A stretch of DNA of 60,550 bases from a virus. Lineage: Duplodnaviria > Caudoviricetes. The notes beneath the pieces are model-generated. The model searched no databases and was not told where the DNA came from. It was given only the letters and a program-made list of their open reading frames with translations. How positions within the stretch are numbered: position 1 is the first letter of the stretch; every line of letters starts with the position of its first letter. Shown in pieces: positions 9,490 to 19,049 of this stretch. A program made the position numbers and the translations under genes. The stretch is taken from the IMG/VR virus record IMGVR_UViG_3300042509_001483, positions 1 to 60,550 of that record, one strand, 5' to 3'.

Positions 9490-9933
9490 TTAGCGGGGAA
9501 CTGAGCTTCTGGCTCTTCGGTTGGCAGCTTGTTCTTTAGCTGTAGCCCATCGAACATTACCTGGCTCGTAGTGGCCAAGATTATTAATACGATCCAAAGA
9601 AGTACCTTCCGGTCTTATGCCAATTTCGTCAACCAACTCCTGTAAAGAAGTAAAGCGAAATTCAACATTTACATAGTAACCTCGATGTCCAGTCTTGCAG
9701 CGATATTTTGCCTTGTAATAACTTGATCTTGTTCTAAGCATCGCTGGATCATTCTTGACCCCTGTTCCCTTGTTTGTAGGTACTTGACCTTGCTTGGTGC
9801 ACGAACGACATCTCCAAGTGCCGTTTCTTCTACTGTATTGATCAATGCGAATACTTCCTTCGCAAGAGCAAGACTCACAAAGAACATTAACAAAACGACT
9901 GTTGGCGTTGGCCATTGGGTTCAAGCGACCCAA
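9490..9933 (-). CDS. Free-standing HNH homing endonuclease
   Basis: RPEGTSLDRINNLGHYEPGNVRWAT..EQAANRR; N-terminal Cys cluster; TGgTATGAT extended -10 just upstream. Confidence 0.85.
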   Translation of the reverse strand: MGRLNPMANANSRFVNVLCESCSCEGSIRIDQYSRRNGTWRCRSCTKQGQVPTNKGTGVKNDPAMLRTRSSYYKAKYRCKTGHRGYYVNVEFRFTSLQELVDEIGIRPEGTSLDRINNLGHYEPGNVRWATAKEQAANRRARSSVPR

Positions 9934-9955
9934 CTATCATACCACTTGACGCTAT

Positions 9956-10255
9956 TTACCATTTTGTTTTATGGCTCCAGTACCTTGCTGACATTTTGTC
10001 AGGGTTAGGATCCTGGGCATTATGCCTAGCGTAATAAGATTTCTTGCGTGCTTTGTCTTTGGCGGTTTGTGGATTTTTACCTGCGCCTTCTACGCCTTGC
10101 TGGCCAAAACGAATGATTTTCTCTTCTCCTCCTTCACAGGCTTTGACCACATGAGATTTGGTTTTATGGCCAGGGGTACGTTGTGGCTTGTTGCAAGGCA
10201 TTGAATCCTTTGCGAGCTTAGCGGCTTTTGCTGCTTTTTTTCGTTTATCTGACAT
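9956..10255 (-). CDS. Conserved basic phage protein
   Basis: KIIRFGQQG...RKKSYYARH...KMSARYWS..KW pattern common in aquatic phages. Confidence 0.75.
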   Translation of the reverse strand: MSDKRKKAAKAAKLAKDSMPCNKPQRTPGHKTKSHVVKACEGGEEKIIRFGQQGVEGAGKNPQTAKDKARKKSYYARHNAQDPNPDKMSARYWSHKTKW

Positions 10256-10261
10256 GTGTTA

Positions 10262-12499
10262 TTAACCGAAGAAAGAGCCAAAGCTGCCAAGAAAATCTTG
10301 AGCAGACGGAGATTTACTAGCTGTTGTCTTGCTACTTCCTATTTTAAAGTATGAGGGCGCACCTTCATCCTCTTCGTCTGCAAAGATGCTGAAATAACTT
10401 TTCTTTGTAGGCAACTCAGGTTCTTTTGCACTGCTGTCTTCAAACATGCTACCGATGGATGACATGGCGGCAAATGGGTCGGACATGTCAGGCATGGAGA
10501 AACCAAATAAACCTTGCATCCCTCCCTTAGTAGCTAACCTGCCGTCTACTTTTCCAAGGTTTTTGTCTTCGTCTGTTGCGTCTGGAAAGAAGTCACGATA
10601 AAACTCAGACTCATTTCCGTTATACCCGGCTTTCTTAAAGATGTTAAAAAGAGCTGTGCCACCGGCTGGTGATTTAGCTTTTTCATCAGTATCCCGCTGA
10701 ATGTAACTAACACCCAATTGTTCTTGCGTAGGCTTAATTTGTTGTTCATTGAGGATGCGAATCTTTTCGCGTATTTCAGAAGCAGGTTCTGTCCTTAAAA
10801 ATTCAGCAAGATAAGCCTTGACTTGATCGGCCGGCGTCTCATTAGGATCCATACCAACACCTTTTAACTGTGTTAGATATTCTTCCGGAAGGTCCTTCAG
10901 GTTTAATTTGTCAACCAGTTCTTGTGTCTTTGTCTCAGCGGAAACAAAGTCTAAGAATACCGGATTACCATACGATGCTTTTTGGTTTTGTAGTGCTGTT
11001 GCTAGGTCCTTTTGAATGAAAGAAGCAAGATCATCTCGTGTATAGGTGTCAGCAACTGGATCATAGCCTTGAGGCTTGCCAATCAATTCGTAATGTAACC
11101 TTGCAAAGTCATCTTTATTGTTGACGTCTAATCCGTATTCATATGCCCACTGTGCCCATGTTTTTCCGTCTTTTACAGCATTAGTAGAGGCTCTATTTTC
11201 CCATGCTCCGTTAACGCTTGCTTTCTGTTGAGCATATAGATTTGCCTTGCTTGTGGCATCTGTACCACTCAGCAATTCAGGATTCAGATAAAACTTAGGA
11301 TCAAATGCTTTACTTGTGGTTTTTGTTGCAAGGTCACTTAAATAGTTATTGGCTTGTTTGTTGGCAAAATCTTTTAATGCACTTGATGCAAGCTGAGTTT
11401 GCAAAACGTTTTGCTCATCTTCTTTCACATCCATATAGCTAACAAATTCCGTGATTGATTTTGATGTATCAAAACGTGGCTTCAAATAATCGTTAATAAA
11501 TTTGTTTGCAAATTCTTGTTCAATCTTGTATGTGGTTGCAGCATCCGTGGGATCTTTAATCTCCTTCATGTTGCGATAACGTTCGGCAAGCGTTTCGTCA
11601 AACCACTTCTGCCAGTTGTATTTAACAGAGGAACCAATCCCTAAACTCTTGTCAAGAGATTTAGAAAGGCTTTGACCAAAACTTGCAAAACCACCGCCGC
11701 CAAGATCGCCAAGAATTGAGTTCTTGATGTCCTGCTTAAAGCCATTGACATCAGGCATACCCATGCCTTGGAACATGGAACTCATCTGCTCTTGTTTAAG
11801 AGTTTTTGAGTATTGGTCCAGGGTTTGCTTGAGGACATCAGCGGAGAGCGCACCAAAGGTTTGTTCCCCTTGGCGGTCAATGTAATCTTGCGTAGAAAGC
11901 TCAACCAAGGAAGTGGGCTGAGCAGACGATGTGCCTAATAAAGTCTCTCGTAAAACTTGACGTTCTCTATCAGTTGGAGGACGCAGTTTTTCTGTGTACT
12001 CGGTAAGCTGTCTTTGTTTACCAGGAAGACCAGCCGGAGAACCAACAAAGCTATAGTCTGCGTGAAGGTAACTATCTAAGTCGGGATATTGTTTGGTGAT
12101 ATCAACGTCTGCAATCTTTTGCCCTGCAAAGGTAACTGCCTTACTTGCTTCTTTCCAGGTCTTAGCTTTATCTGGAACTAAACCAGCGTAAAACTTTGCA
12201 TCAAAGTCAGTAAGATTCTTGCCTTGTTTAGTTGAGTCCCAGGGTTTTATGCCTGCTGCTTTTTCGTAAAATGATTCAATAGTGCCAATGGCATCCGCAT
12301 CGACGATGTCCTTGGACGCAATACCTTTGCTTTGGAGATCTCTATCAATCCCCTCCATCAATGTTTTATAACTTCCTGCAGATCCTTGAAAAGCGTTTAA
12401 GCGCGTAGCAATAAGCTCTGCTGCTTCTTGTTCCTGAGTAGAAGCATCTTCCGCAAGAGCAGGTGTTAAACGCCCGTTGGATACAATAAAACGAATCAT
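10262..12499 (-). CDS. Large hypothetical protein, probably virion-associated
   Basis: 745 aa ORF in the structural arm. Confidence 0.65.
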   Translation of the reverse strand: MIRFIVSNGRLTPALAEDASTQEQEAAELIATRLNAFQGSAGSYKTLMEGIDRDLQSKGIASKDIVDADAIGTIESFYEKAAGIKPWDSTKQGKNLTDFDAKFYAGLVPDKAKTWKEASKAVTFAGQKIADVDITKQYPDLDSYLHADYSFVGSPAGLPGKQRQLTEYTEKLRPPTDRERQVLRETLLGTSSAQPTSLVELSTQDYIDRQGEQTFGALSADVLKQTLDQYSKTLKQEQMSSMFQGMGMPDVNGFKQDIKNSILGDLGGGGFASFGQSLSKSLDKSLGIGSSVKYNWQKWFDETLAERYRNMKEIKDPTDAATTYKIEQEFANKFINDYLKPRFDTSKSITEFVSYMDVKEDEQNVLQTQLASSALKDFANKQANNYLSDLATKTTSKAFDPKFYLNPELLSGTDATSKANLYAQQKASVNGAWENRASTNAVKDGKTWAQWAYEYGLDVNNKDDFARLHYELIGKPQGYDPVADTYTRDDLASFIQKDLATALQNQKASYGNPVFLDFVSAETKTQELVDKLNLKDLPEEYLTQLKGVGMDPNETPADQVKAYLAEFLRTEPASEIREKIRILNEQQIKPTQEQLGVSYIQRDTDEKAKSPAGGTALFNIFKKAGYNGNESEFYRDFFPDATDEDKNLGKVDGRLATKGGMQGLFGFSMPDMSDPFAAMSSIGSMFEDSSAKEPELPTKKSYFSIFADEEDEGAPSYFKIGSSKTTASKSPSAQDFLGSFGSFFG

Positions 12500-12852
12500 G
12501 ATGCTGCTTTATATTCTTGCATGTCAATTAAGTTTACATTCCCTGGTTGCGTCCAGGCTTTTATTGCATCTAACTTGGCTTGATCAAAAAAATCTTGTTG
12601 CTTGTACCAGGTTTCCATATGGGATGAAGCTTTGTTTGCGTTGCAACGGCAACAAGCTGGGATCAAGTTATGTCGATTAGAACACCCTGATTTAAACCGT
12701 GGGATTACGTGGTCAAGACTTGTGGCGTCCTTGCCGCAATAACCACATTTGTAGTCCCAGGCTTGATATATACTTTCTCTGAAACGTTTCTTGGCAAGTT
12801 TTGGAGTTATTTCAACTAGCAGGGCGAGAGGCTCGTGCTGGCTGCAAAACAT
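12496..12852 (-). CDS. HNH endonuclease (McrA / HNH_5 type)
   Basis: CGYCG...SLDHVIPRFKSG.SNRHNLIPACCRCNANK. Confidence 0.9.
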   Translation of the reverse strand: MFCSQHEPLALLVEITPKLAKKRFRESIYQAWDYKCGYCGKDATSLDHVIPRFKSGCSNRHNLIPACCRCNANKASSHMETWYKQQDFFDQAKLDAIKAWTQPGNVNLIDMQEYKAAS

Positions 12853-12935
12853 GCTCTTCGATTGCCGTTAATTCATTTTAAGTTGTCCACACTGTTACAG
12901 GTTTGGGCGTAAAGATAAATTTTAAATAAAGACCC

Positions 12936-12963
12936 TTGACTCCGCGCTGATCTTGTGTATGGT
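12936..12963 (+). promoter_or_regulatory. Putative sigma70-type promoter
   Basis: TTGACT-N16-TATGGT upstream of the ATG at 12988. Confidence 0.45.
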
Positions 12964-12987
12964 AAAAGGGTTGCTACTACCGCCTTC

Positions 12988-13206
12988 ATGGCCTCGCATC
13001 CTGGTTGGGTTTCTGCTCAGAAGCTAGAAGAACTTCTTGGCATTGACCGTAAGACACTCTTCAAGCTCCGCGATGACGGTACCCTTAAGCTTGGTCCCCA
13101 CTATGCGGCATTCCCGGAGACCCGCTCCAGGGATAGCTACCGCTGGAACGTGACGGCAGTACGCAAGCAACTCACAAAAACTGGTATGATGGCAATGGCC
13201 GCCTAG
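12988..13206 (+). CDS. Small HTH DNA-binding protein (excisionase-like)
   Basis: WVSAQKLEELLGIDRKTLFKLR...LKLGPHY...YRWN. Confidence 0.7.
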   Translation: MASHPGWVSAQKLEELLGIDRKTLFKLRDDGTLKLGPHYAAFPETRSRDSYRWNVTAVRKQLTKTGMMAMAA

Positions 13207-13225
13207 GGGACGGCCGGGGGAAAAG

Positions 13226-13257
13226 AAACGGTCCTGTCAGTGATGGGGCCGTTTTTT
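13226..13257. terminator. Intrinsic terminator between convergent genes, possibly bidirectional
   Basis: aaacggtcctgtc-agt-gatggggccgtttttt hairpin with flanking A and T tracts. Confidence 0.7.
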
Positions 13258-14785
13258 ATGGCTTGTAGGGCCTGCCGTCTTTATCAAACATGGTAAAGCC
13301 TTGCATCAAGATAAACTCTGGTGGAACGTTGAATAGCTTCTGCATCATTGGCATCATCATCACGGATTGACAGTTGTAAGGAGGTACATCCATCTGCGCC
13401 AGGGAAAAGTTATTCAACAGGGAGGATTTAATGGATTGCTGTTCACTTTCTGTTTGATCGACAAGGCGTTGTTCCCATGCCGTCATACTTTCTCTCCCAA
13501 CAGGAAAATCAGAAGGCTCTGGTGGAAATGTGTTGTCTGCAAACTTAAGTGCGTAGATATGCTTGCAGTAACGCATCTCATCAAGCAACGGTTCCCAGTT
13601 GTCTGTTAATGAGATAAGCTCTCCTTGCTCAGCAGTATAGTCATTGTATCCAGGTAAGCCTTCTGCCCTGGCGCCTGTAATGCCTGGGTTCGCGGTACTC
13701 CTGATGTAAGTGGCACCAAAGTCAGCGTAGATCCCTGGGTTGTCTCGTGTCGCTTTATTGTCAACGACACTGTCGGCAACATTGTAAGGAAGTTGGAATC
13801 CAGAAGGTGCATAGACCTCCATCTGACGATTGATATTGCCAGGTGTCATGGCACTGTTGTCAATCTCGCCGCCTCTCCTCACTAACTCAAAACGTCCTGG
13901 CTTAACAGAAGATGCGCCACTTCTTGGGAAACGCGTCTTAATGCTCTTCGTGATATCCCGCATGAATGCGTAATCACGGTGCGTAAAATCCTGGCAAGAA
14001 CAACAAAATCGTGCGCCTGTAATGATGTATCGACCAGGGGTAAAACTAATGGGAGATGGCGTTAAGTACTCTTGGTCAGGTGTGACCTGCACAGATCCAG
14101 CCTTACGCAAGGTAAGGATGCCCGTTGTCGGGTTTGTAGCTGTCAGTACAGCTTGTACATAACCATACCGTTTTTGTGTTGTAGGGTCAATCGTGTCCTT
14201 GTCAATAATTTGACCACCTGGAGTGATGACGCGATCTTCGATAATTTCACTGTTCAGTGGAGTGAGCCCCCCTGGTACCCCTGGAACAGCAACATAAAAA
14301 GGCGGAGGAAGCGGGTTGGCTACACTCCAAGATCCCGCAAGCTTTACATACCAATTCTCAGTATCTTCTGTAACCGATTCAATGTAAAGACCGCTTGTTG
14401 TGATGGGATCAACGAGTCGATCACTACGCATGGAACCGGCATAACGCCAGCCAGCCCAATGCATTCCCATCTCTTTGTTCTTGGTCGGGAACCCTACAAA
14501 CGTCCCGGAAATGATTGGTGCAGGGTTTGCAACAGAACTTGGTGTGCCAGATGGAACAGGAATTTGATATTGGAAAGGATATTCGTAGCTGTTGTCGTAG
14601 AAGGTAGCCGTTGCCAACTCATACCCACGACGCCAACGAGACCAGGCTGATTCCCTGTTTGCTGCGTAAATAGAATCTGGTACTGAGCCACGCGAAAACT
14701 CAGTCGTGATCGGCTTTATCCCATTGGGAGCACTGACCACTGACTGAGTGAAATTACCAAAAGAGCTTCCACTCTTTTTGGCCAT
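13256..14785 (-). CDS. Hypothetical protein with a split SWIM-like zinc finger
   Basis: RFCCSCQDF and RYCKHIYAL separated by about 140 aa. Confidence 0.6.
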   Translation of the reverse strand: MAKKSGSSFGNFTQSVVSAPNGIKPITTEFSRGSVPDSIYAANRESAWSRWRRGYELATATFYDNSYEYPFQYQIPVPSGTPSSVANPAPIISGTFVGFPTKNKEMGMHWAGWRYAGSMRSDRLVDPITTSGLYIESVTEDTENWYVKLAGSWSVANPLPPPFYVAVPGVPGGLTPLNSEIIEDRVITPGGQIIDKDTIDPTTQKRYGYVQAVLTATNPTTGILTLRKAGSVQVTPDQEYLTPSPISFTPGRYIITGARFCCSCQDFTHRDYAFMRDITKSIKTRFPRSGASSVKPGRFELVRRGGEIDNSAMTPGNINRQMEVYAPSGFQLPYNVADSVVDNKATRDNPGIYADFGATYIRSTANPGITGARAEGLPGYNDYTAEQGELISLTDNWEPLLDEMRYCKHIYALKFADNTFPPEPSDFPVGRESMTAWEQRLVDQTESEQQSIKSSLLNNFSLAQMDVPPYNCQSVMMMPMMQKLFNVPPEFILMQGFTMFDKDGRPYKP

Positions 14786-14787
14786 GA

Positions 14788-15570
14788 TTAGAAGAAGCCG
14801 CCTTGAGCAACGATGTGAGCGCCAGGGTTGTAGCCAGAGATGTTAGGCCCGTCTGGGAACACACCAACGTAAATACGGTCGCCACGTTCCAGGTAGATAC
14901 CCTTGTTGCGCAGAGGAGCTGTGGAGCCAAGGCCAGCGGTATTGCCTGCTTGTGCCACAGGAGCTGCCAGTTGCGGCATCAGATCCGAACAGTCGACTGT
15001 ACCACTGTTGGCAGGGACTGTCTTGGCAAACAACACACGGTAATCACCTGACGCAGGGATGGGTACCGTCGTTCCACGGGTGTGGTAGAACACGAAGGTG
15101 ACAGCAGGCTGGTAGCCGTAAGCAACACCGTTGTACGTGAAACCACTCGATGTACCACCTGAGTAGTGCAGAGCGGTATTGACGCCCGTCAAGGTCGTTG
15201 CACCGGTGTAGGTGTAGTAACCAACGCCACTGGCCGGTGTGGTTGCAGTGATGACGCCTGTGGTTGTTACATGTACGATCTGTCCACTGACCAGGGAGAT
15301 CACAGTGCCTGAAGTAGAGGCATTGATGATGTAGTCAGGCGAGCGATAGAAGTCGTTACGGCTGATTGTAATCGAATCAACAACGCCACCATTGTTGTTG
15401 TCTTCCTGAATAGCAGCATCCATGTCGACCAGGATCGACGGTGCTTGTCCACCTTGAACAAAAAGGGTATTAGCAGTGGAGCTACCAACCGTCTGTGTGG
15501 TTACTCGAACCGAATCAAATAACGGACGATCGATTAATAGGGGCTGTTTGTTTGTGCTAGTACTCGACAA
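14788..15570 (-). CDS. Putative virion structural protein
   Basis: Beta-rich T/G/S/V composition; structural arm. Confidence 0.6.
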   Translation of the reverse strand: MSSTSTNKQPLLIDRPLFDSVRVTTQTVGSSTANTLFVQGGQAPSILVDMDAAIQEDNNNGGVVDSITISRNDFYRSPDYIINASTSGTVISLVSGQIVHVTTTGVITATTPASGVGYYTYTGATTLTGVNTALHYSGGTSSGFTYNGVAYGYQPAVTFVFYHTRGTTVPIPASGDYRVLFAKTVPANSGTVDCSDLMPQLAAPVAQAGNTAGLGSTAPLRNKGIYLERGDRIYVGVFPDGPNISGYNPGAHIVAQGGFF

Positions 15571-15613
15571 TGTTCTTTACCCTAGTTGTTTACATTATAA
15601 AGCTTGTTTTCAA

Positions 15614-16297
15614 TCAAGCGTACGGATTAAGGTAGCTTGACAAGAAATCAAGGGGGCCTGCCATGGTTTGAGGGGAGAGTAGTTGCCCCATCAATTCCTG
15701 CTTCAGGAGATCTTTCATGGACACTTCCTTGGTATTACTGCCGGACATTGCCGCCATAAAACCTTTCAAGAAGTCGTTGCTAGATAAATCTTGCTGTTGC
15801 TGTCCTTGGGACGCTTGGCCTGCAGAAGGCAAGGTGCCATAGCCTTCAGGTATATCTCCTAAAACACGTTGTGCATTTTTAAAGAGATCTCCACCTTCTT
15901 TGAAGCGTGGTAAAGCACTCCTTACAGATGTCCCAAAAGAATCCTTGGAATCTAGCGATACGTTTGGATTTCCACCAAGGACTGTTGCATAAGCACGCCC
16001 AATATCCATTCCAGGCTTAAAGCCACGGTCTTGAAAATATTTCAAGACAGCAGGCATCTGACCGGCTCTTGTCTGAGGTCCAGTAATGCCGTAAAGCTTT
16101 TGTTCGTTCTGCCCGAATTGAATCAGTCCCTTATGGCGACGTCCTGCACCACCAACAATGTTGGGATCCATATTGGGTCCGGATTCTAAAGAAAGGAATC
16201 CGCCAAACTCATAAGGATGCAAACCTAATTGCTGTGCCCCACGGAAGATTGCCATCCGCTCTTCATGGGGAAGGATACCAACGCGTGGAGTAGACAT
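15614..16297 (-). CDS. Lysozyme-like (SLT-fold) peptidoglycan hydrolase, probably virion-associated
   Basis: LSLESG...DPNI...GLIQF...YATVLGGNP. Confidence 0.65.
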   Translation of the reverse strand: MSTPRVGILPHEERMAIFRGAQQLGLHPYEFGGFLSLESGPNMDPNIVGGAGRRHKGLIQFGQNEQKLYGITGPQTRAGQMPAVLKYFQDRGFKPGMDIGRAYATVLGGNPNVSLDSKDSFGTSVRSALPRFKEGGDLFKNAQRVLGDIPEGYGTLPSAGQASQGQQQQDLSSNDFLKGFMAAMSGSNTKEVSMKDLLKQELMGQLLSPQTMAGPLDFLSSYLNPYA

Positions 16298-16310
16298 AAG
16301 AGCCGAAGTT

Positions 16311-16427
16311 TTATTCTCCTACCCAATTTGATTGTGCTTTGAGACCAGGGATAAAGACTGCTTGTACTGCAACAACCAGGCTTAGTTTGGCAGCAAGGCG
16401 CTTAACAAAATTGGGACAAAGGATCAT
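16311..16427 (-). CDS. Small signal-peptide-like ORF (38 aa)
   Basis: MILCPNFVKRLAAKLSLVVAVQAVFIPGLKAQSNWVGE; preceded by a structured leader. Confidence 0.5.
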   Translation of the reverse strand: MILCPNFVKRLAAKLSLVVAVQAVFIPGLKAQSNWVGE

Positions 16428-16482
16428 TGGTTTAAAGCAACAACACTGGCCCCCGTGAATCAAAAGATTCGTGTCCAGTTGG

Positions 16483-16511
16483 ATTGGGCTTACATGCGAC
16501 GCAATGCCAAT
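16483..16511 (-). repeat. Family A structured element (late-arm copy)
   Basis: Minus strand ATTGGCA-TTGC-gtc-GCAT-GTAAGCCCAAT. Confidence 0.65.
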
Positions 16512-16514
16512 GAA

Positions 16515-17351
16515 TCAAGACTTTGCTTGATTAAGTAAAGCTTGGAACTTCTTCTGCATCTCGGGATCGATATCAATGCCTTGAGCGCCATAGGTAGCAG
16601 AAGGTCCAATGGATTCCACAGCAGGTAAGCCTTGGGGCGTATTGACGCCGGGGGGAGGCGTGAAGATCATCTGCTGGGGCATCTGATAACCAAACCCCTG
16701 AGAAGCAGCTTGTCCTGCCATAGCTCCTTGAATGGCGTCATAACCGGATTGACCGGGCTTGACTTTAGCAGCAAGTGTTGGATTTGCTTTTGCCCACATC
16801 TGCATGCCAATATCTTCTGCAGACTGCACTTGTTCTGCTGTTGCGCCAGGTGCTACGGCTTTCAGACGTGCTGCTTCGTAACGCTGAAGCTCAGGGTCTT
16901 GCGCAGTTAACTGAGCAACACGAGATGCCTCGGATTGATATGCACGTTCTGCAGCGGGAGAATAACCGCTTTGCGGGGAAGAAAAAGAAGTTGCATACCC
17001 AGCATTGCCGCCACTGCCACCACCACCGCCTGCTGCTAAACGTAGCTCGGCATCGCGATAAGATTCCCCATTGGCACTAGGAGGAATTCTACCAATTGCA
17101 GGGCTGGAATAAGGATTCCGTCCTTGCATAAGCTGCCCACCAATGTACTGCAGCTCATTCCAGGCAGCGCGGCCCGCATCAGTATTTTTAGTTGAGGGAA
17201 TAGCTCGCAGTGCTTTATCTAATACTGAACCTGTACGTCCTTGATTAAACAAAACAGCACCCGTGGCCGGTGCTGCAATAAAACGATTTAGTACGCCTCC
17301 CAATCCAGCAAGTTCTTTGCCCATTGCAAAACTAGGCATAACTACCTCCAA
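16515..17351 (-). CDS. Hypothetical A/G/Q-rich protein, putative internal virion protein
   Basis: ORF track, 278 aa. Confidence 0.6.
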   Translation of the reverse strand: MEVVMPSFAMGKELAGLGGVLNRFIAAPATGAVLFNQGRTGSVLDKALRAIPSTKNTDAGRAAWNELQYIGGQLMQGRNPYSSPAIGRIPPSANGESYRDAELRLAAGGGGGSGGNAGYATSFSSPQSGYSPAAERAYQSEASRVAQLTAQDPELQRYEAARLKAVAPGATAEQVQSAEDIGMQMWAKANPTLAAKVKPGQSGYDAIQGAMAGQAASQGFGYQMPQQMIFTPPPGVNTPQGLPAVESIGPSATYGAQGIDIDPEMQKKFQALLNQAKS

Positions 17352-17803
17352 ACCTCATGTAAAAATATGCGAGTGCCGACTGAAACGTCAGCCGGGCCTG
17401 GTAGCGCCTGAATAAACTCAGCGCCTGAACGCTCGTAACGGTAACGAGCTTGGAACGGATCCTTGTAGTTAGGTACGTAAAGGATGCCGGCTAAACGGTT
17501 GGTCTCGTAGAGATAAATCTCATCCCAAACCTTGAGAGCTTCTTTGGCATTACTGGACCGAATTGTACGGTCCACATCACCAACGATGCTTTCTAACCGA
17601 GTGGAGGGCGATGTTGCAACTTCTGTTTTCTTCTCGGCCGTATCACAACGACCAATCTGAATAACAATTTTGTCGTAGAAGTATGAATCCGGAACCGTGT
17701 TCATAGCTTCTTCTAAACGGGCGAAGTCACCCGCCGGCACGGAAACCGTGAAGTAGCCCAGATGATACCGGACCCTACTCTTGTCAAAATCGCTGAGCTG
17801 CAC
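17342..17803 (-). CDS. Putative head-tail connector or adaptor
   Basis: LSDFDKSRVRYHLGY N-terminus resembles adaptor proteins; downstream of capsid genes. Confidence 0.45.
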   Translation of the reverse strand: MQLSDFDKSRVRYHLGYFTVSVPAGDFARLEEAMNTVPDSYFYDKIVIQIGRCDTAEKKTEVATSPSTRLESIVGDVDRTIRSSNAKEALKVWDEIYLYETNRLAGILYVPNYKDPFQARYRYERSGAEFIQALPGPADVSVGTRIFLHEVWR

Positions 17804-17842
17804 AGCTTACTTCCGTATGTTCTCAATTATAGATGAACTGAA

Positions 17843-18508
17843 TTAACCAAACAGTCCACCTGTGGAAGACGACAACAACTGCTGGAACAATGCGCCAGTC
17901 ATATCATTTTGTTGTGGCTGTACCAGCTCTTTAACAAACCCTCGCATCATTTGTGTTTTTGGATCTTCTTTTGGTTCACCTCTCAGCAAAGAACCAAGAA
18001 GATAACCAGATAGCATCCCTTGGAAATCAGAAGGATTTGATACACTGGTGTTAGCAGTGGACGCACCCTGAGAAAGATCTGCTGCCTCTCCCAGTGATTG
18101 CATATGTCCCAAGCGAATTTGATATTTGTTGTCCCCCGTGGTAAACGTAGAAAGGTTTCCGTAAGCTCCTTGGTTGGCTAGAGGAACGTATTTACCGGCA
18201 CCTTCATAAAAGATTGGAGTACCCTCTGGTAAAGCCCAGTCCTCACCTTTGTGCTGCCTTCCTCCACGGGGGCCGTATTTAGACGTAATGGTAATGCCGG
18301 CCTCAGGATTAAATGTAAATTTTCCTTCTGGCGTTTGGATTAATGCTGGAATTCTCTTCTCACCAATTCGTAATCCACTTAAAGGGGTGCGAATTGTTTC
18401 AGGATTTAAGAAGGCGCCTGTTGCAAGATCTTGTACTTCAACATGCAAGTGCGGCCCAGTTGATCTACCAGTGGAACCAACACGCCCTTTAAACGTAATG
18501 CCAGCCAT
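17843..18508 (-). CDS. M23-family peptidase, circularly permuted
   Basis: VGSTGRSTGPHLH at the N-terminus, then ITSKYGPR..RQHKGED.....GTPI, GAYGN, LGHM. Confidence 0.8.
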   Translation of the reverse strand: MAGITFKGRVGSTGRSTGPHLHVEVQDLATGAFLNPETIRTPLSGLRIGEKRIPALIQTPEGKFTFNPEAGITITSKYGPRGGRQHKGEDWALPEGTPIFYEGAGKYVPLANQGAYGNLSTFTTGDNKYQIRLGHMQSLGEAADLSQGASTANTSVSNPSDFQGMLSGYLLGSLLRGEPKEDPKTQMMRGFVKELVQPQQNDMTGALFQQLLSSSTGGLFG

Positions 18509-18541
18509 ATCACGATGATCTTTTATCCTTCATTCTAAAAT

Positions 18542-18565
18542 AAAAACCCCCGGTTTCCCAGGGGT
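18542..18565 (-). terminator. Intrinsic terminator after the capsid operon
   Basis: Minus strand ACCCCTGG-GAAA-CCGGGGG-TTTTT. Confidence 0.8.
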
Positions 18566-18585
18566 ATCTCTACAGAAGGAGTTAG

Positions 18586-19014
18586 TTATACACGGATCAA
18601 GTCAGCGGCGAAGACCGCGTCCCAATCAACTCTTTTGATCTGTTTTAGCTGTTCGAGATTGTTAAACCTTTCACCCGATAAGGACATCTGAAGATCTTTA
18701 ATCTCTCGGGCCGTTTTCAATCCGATACCCTTGATATGATCAGCGATCATTTGAGCGGTAGCGCCATTGATATTTAAACGTGTATCAGGAGGAAAGGTAC
18801 GTGGTTCTTCTTGCGCTGCCTTATCTTTTACTTGAAGAGTCTTGACCTTTTTAGTGGCTTCTTCGTCGGGCTCAATCTCAGTTCTGTAAACGGTAAAAAG
18901 GCGACCATCCTGATCTTCGACCATGAACCAATCGCCTTGATCCCATTCGCTAATAACTTTGACGCGAGCACCTGTTTTTTTATGCTGATAAAGCATTGCT
19001 GCCGTGGTTGACAT
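18586..19014 (-). CDS. Helix-hairpin-helix (ComEA-like) DNA-binding protein
   Basis: RLNINGATAQMI..IKGIGLKTAREI...RFNNLEQLKQI. Confidence 0.75.
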   Translation of the reverse strand: MSTTAAMLYQHKKTGARVKVISEWDQGDWFMVEDQDGRLFTVYRTEIEPDEEATKKVKTLQVKDKAAQEEPRTFPPDTRLNINGATAQMIADHIKGIGLKTAREIKDLQMSLSGERFNNLEQLKQIKRVDWDAVFAADLIRV

Positions 19015-19049
19015 AAGACCAGTGATTAACTGGTCTTAGTTTAACTCAA

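Noticed and set aside
16297-16313. Stop read-through fusing the signal-peptide ORF to the hydrolase
   Set aside because: The two ORFs are in different frames
18586-19014. Photosystem II PsbU
   Set aside because: HhH similarity only; no signal peptide; better explained as a ComEA-like domain
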